From NCBI RefSeq assembly GCF_965641715.1, contig NZ_OZ282453.1: DNA of 64,000 bases; one strand, written 5' to 3'. The notes below the pieces were generated by a model that did no database searches, had not been told where the DNA came from, and saw only the letters and a list, made by a program, of their open reading frames with translations. Every line of letters starts with the position of its first letter. Positions within the stretch are counted from its first letter, which is position 1. The position numbers and the translations under genes are program-made. Origin of the DNA: Escherichia coli. Its GTDB lineage: Bacteria; Pseudomonadota; Gammaproteobacteria; Enterobacterales; Enterobacteriaceae. This document shows, piece by piece, positions 11,594-20,466 of the stretch.

Positions 11594-12307
11594 GTGAATC
11601 AACGTAATATGTCAATAATTAATTCCACGCCAGTGCGTGTTATTGCCATTGTAGGATGTGATGGTTCAGGTAAATCGACCCTCACGGCAAGCCTGGTAAA
11701 TGAACTGGCAGCAAGAATGCCAACAGAACGCATTTATCTCGGGCAATCGTCCGGGCGAATTGGCGAATGGATTTCACAGCTCCCTGTTATTGGCGCACCT
11801 TTTGGGCGTTATCTGCGAAGTAAAGCGGCACATGTGCACGAAAAGCCCTCAACACCGCCTGGCAATATTACTGCGCTGGTTATCTATCTGCTTTCCTGCT
11901 GGCGGGCGTACAAGTTTCGCAAAATGTTGTGTAGAAGCCAGCAAGGCTATCTGCTCATCACCGACCGCTACCCGCAGGTTGAAGTGCCGGGTTTTCGCTT
12001 TGATGGCCCGCAATTGGCAAAAACCACGGGCGGTAACGGTTGGATAAAAATGTTAAGGCAGCGCGAGTTGAAGCTGTACCAATGGATGGCGTCTTATTTA
12101 CCCGTATTGTTGATTCGTCTTGGCATTGATGAACAAACCGCGTTTGCGCGTAAACCTGACCACCAACTGGCAGCGTTACAGGAAAAAATCGCCGTTACGC
12201 CGCAATTGACATTCAATGGCGCAAAGATCCTTGAACTGGATGGTCGGCAACCAGCCGATGAAATTCTGCAAGCGTCACTACGCGCAATTCACGCCGCGCT
12301 TTCCTGA
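11594..12307 (+). CDS. yghS: P-loop kinase-like ATP-binding protein YghS (237 aa)
   Basis: Walker A GCDGSGKST; DRYPQ motif. Confidence 0.85.
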   Translation: MNQRNMSIINSTPVRVIAIVGCDGSGKSTLTASLVNELAARMPTERIYLGQSSGRIGEWISQLPVIGAPFGRYLRSKAAHVHEKPSTPPGNITALVIYLLSCWRAYKFRKMLCRSQQGYLLITDRYPQVEVPGFRFDGPQLAKTTGGNGWIKMLRQRELKLYQWMASYLPVLLIRLGIDEQTAFARKPDHQLAALQEKIAVTPQLTFNGAKILELDGRQPADEILQASLRAIHAALS

Positions 12308-12338
12308 TCACCAAAATGGATAGGGGATGATTTAACGA

Positions 12339-13097
12339 ATGGATGCACTACAAACACAAACTGTTATTAGTACAACCGCGCCGCAGCCCAACTACATACC
12401 GGGGCTGATTGCGGTGGTCGGGTGTGATGGCACCGGTAAATCCACACTGACCACCGACCTGGTGAAATCGCTGCAACAACACTGGCAAACCGAGCGCCGC
12501 TATTTGGGGCTGCTCTCGGGCGAAGACGGCGACAAAATAAAACGATTGCCGTTGGTTGGCGTCTGGCTGGAACGGCGACTGGCGGCCAAATCCTCGAAAA
12601 CCCAAAGCATGAAAACCAAATCTCCAGCGCTATGGGCGGCGGTGATTATGTACTGCTTCTCGCTGCGAAGAATGGCGAATCTGCGCAAGGTTCAGCGACT
12701 GGCGCAAAGTGGCGTTCTGGTGGTCAGCGATCGCTTCCCGCAGGCTGAAATTTCGGGCTTTTATTATGACGGACCGGGGATCGGCGTCGAACGTGCGACC
12801 GGGAAAATAAGCATGTTTCTGGCGCAGCGCGAACGGCGTTTATACCAACAAATGGCGCAATATCGCCCGGAATTAATTATTCGCCTGGGCATTGATATTG
12901 AGACTGCCATCTCCCGCAAGCCTGACCATGACTATGCCGAGCTGCAGGACAAAATCAGTGTTATGTCGACGATTGGCTATAACGGCACAAAAATTCTTGA
13001 GATTGATTCCAGAGCGCCCTACAGCGAAGTGCTGGAACAGGCACAGAAGGCGGTTTCTCTGGTTGCCATCGTTTCTGACCGCCGAAGTTTAACTTAA
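12339..13097 (+). CDS. yghR: P-loop kinase-like ATP-binding protein YghR (252 aa)
   Basis: Walker A GCDGTGKST; DRFPQ motif. Confidence 0.85.
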   Translation: MDALQTQTVISTTAPQPNYIPGLIAVVGCDGTGKSTLTTDLVKSLQQHWQTERRYLGLLSGEDGDKIKRLPLVGVWLERRLAAKSSKTQSMKTKSPALWAAVIMYCFSLRRMANLRKVQRLAQSGVLVVSDRFPQAEISGFYYDGPGIGVERATGKISMFLAQRERRLYQQMAQYRPELIIRLGIDIETAISRKPDHDYAELQDKISVMSTIGYNGTKILEIDSRAPYSEVLEQAQKAVSLVAIVSDRRSLT

Positions 13098-13142
13098 GGC
13101 TGGCGGGATACTTTTTACTATCAACGATAAGGTCAGGCTGAA

Positions 13143-14492
13143 TTGGCGGGTTTTAACATCAAACATTGGTTTGCAGATGGCGCGTTTCGCACCATTATTC
13201 GCAATAGCGCCTGGTTAGGCTCCAGTAATGTCGTGAGCGCCTTGCTGGGTCTGTTGGCGCTCTCGTGTGCCGGTAAAGGGATGACGCCCGCCATGTTTGG
13301 CGTACTGGTGATTGTGCAATCGTACGCCAAGTCGATCAGCGATTTTATTAAGTTTCAGACATGGCAGCTGGTGGTTCAGTACGGAACACCAGCATTAACC
13401 AACAATAATCCGCAGCAATTTCGCAATGTCGTCTCATTTTCCTTCTCGCTGGATATCGTCAGCGGCGCGGTGGCGATTGTCGGCGGCATTGCCTTACTGC
13501 CATTCCTTTCCCATTCATTAGGTCTGGATGACCAAAGCTTTTGGCTGGCGGCGCTGTATTGCACGCTCATTCCTTCAATGGCTTCCTCCACGCCGACCGG
13601 CATTCTGCGTGCGGTAGATCGCTTTGATTTGATTGCTGTACAGCAGGCGACGAAACCTTTTCTGCGCGCAGCGGGGAGCGTCGCAGCCTGGTATTTTGAC
13701 TTTGGTTTTGCGGGTTTTGTTATTGCCTGGTACGTGTCGAATCTGGTTGGCGGCACCATGTACTGGTGGTTTGCCGCGCGCGAATTACGCCGCAGAAATA
13801 TCCATAACGCCTTCAAATTGAATCTGTTTGAGTCTGCCCGACACATTAAAGGCGCGTGGAGTTTTGTCTGGTCAACCAACATTGCCCACTCCATCTGGTC
13901 GGCGCGTAACTCGTGCAGCACAGTGTTGGTGGGGATCGTGTTAGGACCCGCTGCCGCCGGGTTATTTAAAATCGCCATGACATTCTTCGACGCCGCCGGA
14001 ACGCCAGCGGGTTTGCTGGGTAAAAGTTTTTACCCAGAGGTGATGCGTTTAGATCCGCGCACCACCAGACCGTGGTTGTTAGGTGTGAAGTCCGGTTTAC
14101 TGGCGGGCGGAATCGGTATTCTGGTGGCGCTCGCGGTGTTGATCGTCGGCAAGCCGCTCATTTCGCTGGTGTTTGGCGTTAAGTATCTCGAAGCGTATGA
14201 CCTGATTCAGGTGATGCTGGGCGCAATTGTGATTTCGATGCTGGGTTTCCCGCAGGAGTCATTGCTATTGATGGCGGGAAAACAGCGCGCTTTTCTCGTG
14301 GCGCAAACCATCGCCTCAATCGGCTACATCGTATTGCTGTTCATGTTCTGTCATCTGTTTGGCGTGCTGGGAGCAGCGTTTGCTTACTTCGGTGGGCAAT
14401 GTCTGGATGTGGTGCTTTCGCTAATTCCGACCTTAAAGGCATTTTTTCAGCGCCATTCCTTGCTTTATAACGCAGCCGGAGAGAAATCCTGA
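13143..14492 (+). CDS. yghQ: Putative MOP-superfamily lipid/polysaccharide flippase YghQ, full length here (start uncertain; TTG at 13143)
   Basis: Polytopic membrane protein of about 449 aa; stop overlaps the next start (TGATG). Confidence 0.75.
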   Translation: MAGFNIKHWFADGAFRTIIRNSAWLGSSNVVSALLGLLALSCAGKGMTPAMFGVLVIVQSYAKSISDFIKFQTWQLVVQYGTPALTNNNPQQFRNVVSFSFSLDIVSGAVAIVGGIALLPFLSHSLGLDDQSFWLAALYCTLIPSMASSTPTGILRAVDRFDLIAVQQATKPFLRAAGSVAAWYFDFGFAGFVIAWYVSNLVGGTMYWWFAARELRRRNIHNAFKLNLFESARHIKGAWSFVWSTNIAHSIWSARNSCSTVLVGIVLGPAAAGLFKIAMTFFDAAGTPAGLLGKSFYPEVMRLDPRTTRPWLLGVKSGLLAGGIGILVALAVLIVGKPLISLVFGVKYLEAYDLIQVMLGAIVISMLGFPQESLLLMAGKQRAFLVAQTIASIGYIVLLFMFCHLFGVLGAAFAYFGGQCLDVVLSLIPTLKAFFQRHSLLYNAAGEKS

Positions 14493-15316
14493 TGATGAGA
14501 AAATATTTCCCGCTTGAGGCGAGCGAGCATCTATTTGTTGCGATTGAGGAAGATGATGTTGTTGATGCCCAGGTCAGTTTGCCGCCGACTATCGCACTAA
14601 GTTGTACCACCGAAATCATCCATGATAATTACGCGTTATGCCTGCAATTCTGGCTCAATGGCGTTGATCGTCAGGAATTACTTCGTTTAATTCGCAAACA
14701 AGCCAAAGGCGATGAGCTGACGACAGACGAGCGTAAACAGTTTAAATACATGCGAGCGCGCTACAAGCATCTACGTTTTGCACAACGGCTGTATTTAAAA
14801 AAGCATCAGGCCAGATTTTTATTCGGCAAAACGACCGTTTTTCTGGGACGTTTTCAGGACGGATTTCGTAACGGTAAGAAAAATATTGTGTCGTATTACG
14901 GCAACCTGTTACGAATTTATTTAAGCTCTCCGGTCTGGTCGTTGGTGAACTATTCATTACGCCATAGCCAGTTAGAAAGCGTAAGCGGTTTTATTGCCTA
15001 TCGGCAAAAGCAAATGCATGCCCTGAAAGAGATAATTGCCAAACCGCGACTAACCGGCAGGGAATTTCATGATGTGCGAAAAATCATCAGCCAGCAGGTT
15101 TCTTATTACGACACCTTAAGATCGCTTGATCCTGAAAATAAAGAGGCGTTACAGATTTCCCGTTTCCTGGCCGCCATTAATGGCCTGATGGGGGATAAAC
15201 ACGACGACATGGTGGCGGATGATATGGAAAACCGCCAGTCGTATGATGCACCGGTGGCGCTGGATAGCGATATTCGTCAGCGCTTAGAGCTGCTGATTTC
15301 GCGTTTTCCGCTATAA
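14492..15316 (+). CDS. Hypothetical soluble basic protein (274 aa), no recognisable motif
   Basis: ATG overlaps yghQ stop; no TM segments or signal peptide by eye. Confidence 0.6.
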   Translation: MMRKYFPLEASEHLFVAIEEDDVVDAQVSLPPTIALSCTTEIIHDNYALCLQFWLNGVDRQELLRLIRKQAKGDELTTDERKQFKYMRARYKHLRFAQRLYLKKHQARFLFGKTTVFLGRFQDGFRNGKKNIVSYYGNLLRIYLSSPVWSLVNYSLRHSQLESVSGFIAYRQKQMHALKEIIAKPRLTGREFHDVRKIISQQVSYYDTLRSLDPENKEALQISRFLAAINGLMGDKHDDMVADDMENRQSYDAPVALDSDIRQRLELLISRFPL

Positions 15317-15324
15317 CCGGAGCA

Positions 15325-15888
15325 ATGATGTCATCTCGTTTGATTATTGCGCTGATTATCATGCTCTTAGCCCCGGGTGTGCAGGCACACAATTTCGTCA
15401 CTGGCAAAACGGTTACCCCTGTTTATATTCAGGAAGGCGGCGAGCTGCTTCTGAATAGCGACGACGAAATTCACTACCAAAAGTGGAACAGCACACAATT
15501 GGCGGGAAAAGTCCGAATTATCCAGTATATCGCCGGGCGTAAGTCGGCGAAGAAAAAGAACTCACTGTTAATTAAAGCGGTTGAAGCGGCAAACTTTCCG
15601 CAGGATCGTTTTCAGCCCACCACCATTGTGAACACCGATGATGCCATCTTTGGTACTGGCTATTTTGTTGTTGGCAAAATCGAAAAAAATAAACGCCGCT
15701 ATCCGTGGGCGCAATTCGTTATTGATGGCAATGGGCTGGGACGCGTTGCCTGGCGCTTGCCGGAGCAGAGTTCAACCATTCTGGTGCTGAATAAAGCTGG
15801 GCAAATTCAGTGGGCAAAGGACGGCAGCCTGACGCCGGAAGAGGTAGATCATGTCATTGCGCTGGCGCAGAAACTGATCAATGAATAA
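15325..15888 (+). CDS. YtfJ-family periplasmic protein paralog (187 aa)
   Basis: Signal peptide MMSSRLIIALIIMLLAPGVQA; motifs such as TTIVNTDDAI and YPW..FVID resemble YtfJ as recalled. Confidence 0.6.
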   Translation: MMSSRLIIALIIMLLAPGVQAHNFVTGKTVTPVYIQEGGELLLNSDDEIHYQKWNSTQLAGKVRIIQYIAGRKSAKKKNSLLIKAVEAANFPQDRFQPTTIVNTDDAIFGTGYFVVGKIEKNKRRYPWAQFVIDGNGLGRVAWRLPEQSSTILVLNKAGQIQWAKDGSLTPEEVDHVIALAQKLINE

Positions 15889-15918
15889 AAAACTCAAAGG
15901 ATTGAGGGCGTTAGTGAG

Positions 15919-16989
15919 ATGAAGCTGGTTGAACACTACATCATGCGTGGTACGCGCCGTCTGGTGCTGATTATCGTCGGTTTTCTGATCTTTATTTTCG
16001 CCAGCTACTCCGCACAGCGTTATCTGACCGAAGCGGCAAATGGGACATTAGCTCTTGATGTTGTGCTGGATATCGTTTTCTACAAAGTGCTGATTGCACT
16101 GGAGATGTTGTTACCTGTTGGTCTGTATGTGTCAGTTGGCGTGACGCTAGGGCAGATGTATACCGACTCGGAAATTACCGCTATCTCTGCGGCGGGGGGC
16201 AGTCCGGGACGCTTGTACAAAGCCGTTCTTTATCTGGCGATACCGCTAAGTATTTTTGTCACCCTTCTGTCGATGTATGGTCGTCCGTGGGCTTATGCGC
16301 AGATTTATCAACTGGAGCAGCAGTCGCAGTCGGAGCTGGATGTTCGCCAGTTGCGGGCAAAGAAATTTAACACTAACGATAACGGACGAATGATCCTTTC
16401 GCAGACGGTTGATCAGGATAATAATCGCCTGACTGACGCGCTGATTTATACTTCTACTGCCAATCGAACCCGCATTTTCCGCGCCCGTTCGGTTGATGTG
16501 GTTGACCCATCACCCGAGAAACCGACCGTTATGTTGCACAACGGCACTGCCTATCTTCTCGATCATCAGGGGCGTGACGACAACGAACAGATCTACCGTA
16601 ATCTGCAATTACATCTGAATCCGCTGGATCAAAGCCCTAACGTCAAACGCAAAGCGAAATCGGTCACGGAGCTGGCGCGCTCCGTCTTTCCAGCCGATCA
16701 TGCCGAACTGCAATGGCGACAAAGTCGTGGCCTGACAGCATTGTTGATGGCGCTGCTGGCCATTTCATTAAGTCGGGTAAAACCGCGGCAAGGGCGATTT
16801 TCAACATTATTGCCACTGACGTTGCTGTTTATTGCCATTTTTTATGGCGGCGACGTCTGCCGTACGCTGGTGGCTAACGGCGCAATTCCCCTCATTCCTG
16901 GTTTGTGGTTAGTACCCGGACTCATGCTAATGGGCCTGCTGATGCTGGTCGCACGCGACTTCTCTTTGCTGCAGAAATTTTCCCGATGA
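15919..16989 (+). CDS. LptF/LptG-family (YjgP/YjgQ) permease paralog (356 aa)
   Basis: N-terminal HYIMR motif, 3 TM + hydrophilic periplasmic domain + 3 TM architecture typical of LptF/LptG. Confidence 0.7.
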   Translation: MKLVEHYIMRGTRRLVLIIVGFLIFIFASYSAQRYLTEAANGTLALDVVLDIVFYKVLIALEMLLPVGLYVSVGVTLGQMYTDSEITAISAAGGSPGRLYKAVLYLAIPLSIFVTLLSMYGRPWAYAQIYQLEQQSQSELDVRQLRAKKFNTNDNGRMILSQTVDQDNNRLTDALIYTSTANRTRIFRARSVDVVDPSPEKPTVMLHNGTAYLLDHQGRDDNEQIYRNLQLHLNPLDQSPNVKRKAKSVTELARSVFPADHAELQWRQSRGLTALLMALLAISLSRVKPRQGRFSTLLPLTLLFIAIFYGGDVCRTLVANGAIPLIPGLWLVPGLMLMGLLMLVARDFSLLQKFSR

Positions 16990-18065
16990 ATGTTTTCAGT
17001 CGCTATTTAATCCGTCATCTCTTTCTCGGTTTTGCCGCCGCCGCAGGGCTATTGCTGCCGCTTTTTACCACCTTCAACCTGATTAACGAACTGGATGATG
17101 TCAGCCCGGGCGGTTATCGCTGGACTCAGGCGGTGCTGGTGGTGCTGATGACCTTACCGCGTACACTGGTCGAACTTTCGCCGTTTATCGCATTATTGGG
17201 AGGGATTGTTGGCCTGGGGCAGTTATCGAAAAACAGTGAGCTTACCGCCATTCGCAGCACTGGGTTTTCTATCTTCCGTATTGCACTGGTGGCGCTGGTT
17301 GCCGGGATATTGTGGACTGTTTCGTTAGGCGCGATAGATGAGTGGGTAGCGTCGCCATTGCAGCAACAGGCGCTGCAAATCAAATCGACCGCCACTGCGT
17401 TGGGGGAGGACGATGATATTACCGGCAATATGCTTTGGGCCAGGCGCGGTAATGAATTTGTAACGGTGAAATCGCTGAACGAGCAGGGCCAGCCGGTGGG
17501 CGTGGAGATATTTCATTATCGCGACGATCTCTCGCTCGAATCCTACATTTATGCACGCAGTGCCACCATTGAAGACGACAAAACGTGGGTCCTGCATGGT
17601 GTGAATCATAAAAAATGGCTGAATGGCAAAGAAACGCTGGAAACATTAGATAATCTTGCCTGGCAATCGGCCTTCACCAGTATGGATCTTGAAGAGCTAT
17701 CGATGCCGGGGAATACTTTTTCTGTCCGTCAGCTTAATCATTACATCCATTATTTGCAGGAAACCGGGCAACCCAGCAGCGAATACCGCCTTGCACTGTG
17801 GGAAAAACTGGGGCAACCCATCCTGACCCTGGCGATGATTTTGCTGGCTGTGCCGTTTACCTTTAGTGCCCCGCGCTCGCCAGGGATGGGTAGCCGTCTC
17901 GCTGTAGGCGTCATCGTTGGCTTACTCACCTGGATCAGCTATCAAATCATGGTCAATCTGGGATTGCTATTTGCGTTAAGCGCACCTGTTACCGCGCTCG
18001 GTTTACCGATAGCGTTTGTGCTGGTGGCGTTGAGCCTGGTGTATTGGTATGACAGACAATATTAA
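16986..18065 (+). CDS. LptF/LptG-family (YjgP/YjgQ) permease paralog (359 aa)
   Basis: MNVFSRYLIRHLF... N-terminus like LptG; ATGA overlap with upstream gene; track ORF trimmed. Confidence 0.7.
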   Translation: MNVFSRYLIRHLFLGFAAAAGLLLPLFTTFNLINELDDVSPGGYRWTQAVLVVLMTLPRTLVELSPFIALLGGIVGLGQLSKNSELTAIRSTGFSIFRIALVALVAGILWTVSLGAIDEWVASPLQQQALQIKSTATALGEDDDITGNMLWARRGNEFVTVKSLNEQGQPVGVEIFHYRDDLSLESYIYARSATIEDDKTWVLHGVNHKKWLNGKETLETLDNLAWQSAFTSMDLEELSMPGNTFSVRQLNHYIHYLQETGQPSSEYRLALWEKLGQPILTLAMILLAVPFTFSAPRSPGMGSRLAVGVIVGLLTWISYQIMVNLGLLFALSAPVTALGLPIAFVLVALSLVYWYDRQY

Positions 18066-18099
18066 ACCCGCCGTGGCGCAACACCACGGCGGGCTCACA

Positions 18100-19272
18100 T
18101 TACTGCTTCAGAGTAGCAAATGCCTGAATGATGGCATCGATTTGCTCACGACTGTGGGCAGCGTTTACGCTACAGCGCAGCAGCGTGATGCCTGCAGGCG
18201 CGGCAGGTGGCAGGATAAGATTCACATAAACGCCCAGCGAAATAAGCTCGCGCCAGATGCGTAAACCGTCCTCTTTCGAACCGATTATTACCGGTACTAC
18301 CGGACTAATATGTGAACTTAACTCATAACCCAGTTTTTGCAGACCGTCATACAGATGGTTGGCGTTATCCATCAGCTTTTGCCGCAGCTCTGGTTGTGTG
18401 GCAATGGTTCTTAACGACGAGCGCACGGTCGCAATGCAGGACGGAGAAGGAGAGGCGGTAAAAATATACGGGCGGCTGCCGTAGCGCAGCACTTCCATCG
18501 CTTCCGAACCGACAGCAAAACCGCCAATCGAGGCCAGACTTTTACTGAAGGTACCAACGATAATATCCACATCATCTTCAACGCCAACGGCTTCAGCCAG
18601 TCCGCGCCCCGTTGCGCCTAACACGCCAAACGAATGCGCTTCATCGACAATCAAATAACCACCGAGACGACGTTTGATATCAACAATTTCCGCCAGCGGC
18701 GCAACGTCACCGAGCATGCTGTAGATGCCCTCAACGATGATAATCGCCTCTTTCGCCCGTTCACCGAGGCGAACCATGCGCCGTTCCAGATCTTTAGCAT
18801 CGTTATGGCGGAAACGAATAATTTCCGCGCCACCGAGAGAACAGGCGTCATAAATACTGGCGTGGCTGTCGGCATCCAGTAATACCACGGCGTTATGGTC
18901 GGCAAGTGCGCTGATGACGCCTAAATTAGCGGTATAACCGGTTGAAAAAACGATAGCGGTAGGGCGATTGAAAAACTCGGCAATCTCTTTCTCTAACGCC
19001 AGGTGCGGCGCATAACTGCCGTTTGCCATACGAGAACCGGTGGTGCCGGTGCCTTGGGCCGCTAACGCTGCCTGACCTTCGCTGATGGCATCATGATTAA
19101 AGGTTAAACCGAGATAATTATTGGTCCCGGCCAGAATCACTTTTTTATTGCCGATCCGGCCTTCGGTGGCGGAATACACTTCATCAATACAGGTGCCAAA
19201 CGGTGTTAACCCGTTGTCACTAAATTGCAGACGCTCGCCAGCAAGGCGCGCATATTTATCGTATAGCCCCAT
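18100..19272 (-). CDS. PLP-dependent alpha-oxoamine synthase, serine-palmitoyltransferase-like (390 aa)
   Basis: GTFSKS PLP-lysine motif; class II aminotransferase fold; start overlaps ACP stop. Confidence 0.75.
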   Translation of the reverse strand: MGLYDKYARLAGERLQFSDNGLTPFGTCIDEVYSATEGRIGNKKVILAGTNNYLGLTFNHDAISEGQAALAAQGTGTTGSRMANGSYAPHLALEKEIAEFFNRPTAIVFSTGYTANLGVISALADHNAVVLLDADSHASIYDACSLGGAEIIRFRHNDAKDLERRMVRLGERAKEAIIIVEGIYSMLGDVAPLAEIVDIKRRLGGYLIVDEAHSFGVLGATGRGLAEAVGVEDDVDIIVGTFSKSLASIGGFAVGSEAMEVLRYGSRPYIFTASPSPSCIATVRSSLRTIATQPELRQKLMDNANHLYDGLQKLGYELSSHISPVVPVIIGSKEDGLRIWRELISLGVYVNLILPPAAPAGITLLRCSVNAAHSREQIDAIIQAFATLKQ

Positions 19273-19520
19273 TATTTATTCTCCAGCCATGGAAGTAGAG
19301 TTTCCATTAATTGCGCAGGGGTTTTGACATCCAGCAGAATATTAATAGGAATGGAAATATCGAATCTGTCTTCCAGCATCATTAAGAGATCCATCACTTT
19401 GATCGACTCCAGGCCAAGATCGTTGACGAGATCGCTGTCGGGCTTAATTTCCACACCGTTTTCGACCAAATCCTGTAAACAGGAAAGGATGTAATCCATT
19501 ACTATTTCACGATTTACCAT
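19272..19520 (-). CDS. Acyl carrier protein (82 aa)
   Basis: DLGLESIKVMDL phosphopantetheine-attachment serine; small acidic protein. Confidence 0.75.
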   Translation of the reverse strand: MVNREIVMDYILSCLQDLVENGVEIKPDSDLVNDLGLESIKVMDLLMMLEDRFDISIPINILLDVKTPAQLMETLLPWLENK

Positions 19521-19551
19521 AGAAACGTTAACACACCTTTAAACAAGACAA

Positions 19552-20466
19552 TCAAAATAGCCCGTTGCGTAATGCGTGTTCCAGGCTAATCCCGGGAAAC
19601 CAATTAATATCTTCAGAAATACGGTTATTACTTGCCGACCAGTCGGCGTGGGTTAATTCACGAATTTTCGAGCGGGTCAGCATAGGTTCTTTACCTGCCA
19701 GGCGACTCAACGCAGTACTGATATCCGCAAGGCAGGTGAGTACCGGCAGAGGAATGCCAACCATCCGCACAGAACCACAACGGGCTTCGGCGGCAAGCTG
19801 TCGTACGCGTTGCCAGTCATAGCCGCCAGCGATGCCATCGCATAATTCATAGGTTTGCGTCTGTACAGTTTCGGCGCTTAACCACTGACCCACTGCTTGC
19901 GCAAAATCGGTGACGTGCAGGAAAGAGAGCTGTGTATCTGGTGCACCAAGTCGTGGCAGCAGGCCGCGCAGCATCCAGTCAAACAGCGGTTTTAACTCTT
20001 TATCGCCGGGACCATACACGGCTGTCGGGCGAAAAACGCCCAGCGTAATTTCGTCAGCCATTGCCGTCAGCCGTTGTTCGGCGACGTGTTTGGAATTTGC
20101 GTACCAGGAGAGTTCGGGATGGCGCGCCGCCAGCGAAGAGATAAACAGAAAACGTTGGCAAAAGCCGCTCTCTTTTGCCGCTTGCATCAGGTGCAGGCTG
20201 CCGTCAACGTTACAGCGAGTAAAGACATCCTCTTTGTGTCCACGCACTTGCCCGGCGCAATGGACCACAGCACCGGCACCAGCAACCAGCTCGCTAAGTG
20301 AATGTGTATCTTCCAGCGAACCGCGCACCCAGGTGAGATTGTCATTGACGTGAGCGCGGGCAGTACGCGTCAATGCGCGAACGTGAAAGCCGCGGGCGAG
20401 CAGGTTATCGATAATATATTTACCGATAAACCCGGTAGCGCCCGTCACCGCGACAGTTTGATTCAT
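19552..20466 (-). CDS. NAD(P)-dependent epimerase/dehydratase-family reductase (extended SDR, 304 aa)
   Basis: N-terminal GATGFIG Rossmann motif and YANSK catalytic YxxxK; ATGA overlap with upstream gene. Confidence 0.75.
   Translation of the reverse strand: MNQTVAVTGATGFIGKYIIDNLLARGFHVRALTRTARAHVNDNLTWVRGSLEDTHSLSELVAGAGAVVHCAGQVRGHKEDVFTRCNVDGSLHLMQAAKESGFCQRFLFISSLAARHPELSWYANSKHVAEQRLTAMADEITLGVFRPTAVYGPGDKELKPLFDWMLRGLLPRLGAPDTQLSFLHVTDFAQAVGQWLSAETVQTQTYELCDGIAGGYDWQRVRQLAAEARCGSVRMVGIPLPVLTCLADISTALSRLAGKEPMLTRSKIRELTHADWSASNNRISEDINWFPGISLEHALRNGLF

Noticed and set aside
10728..13097. YghT/S/R as the missing LptB-like ABC ATPase for the LptF/LptG paralogs
   Set aside because: They have a Walker A but no ABC signature (LSGGQ), Q-loop or H-loop arrangement; the DR[YF]PQ motif fits a small-molecule kinase fold better.
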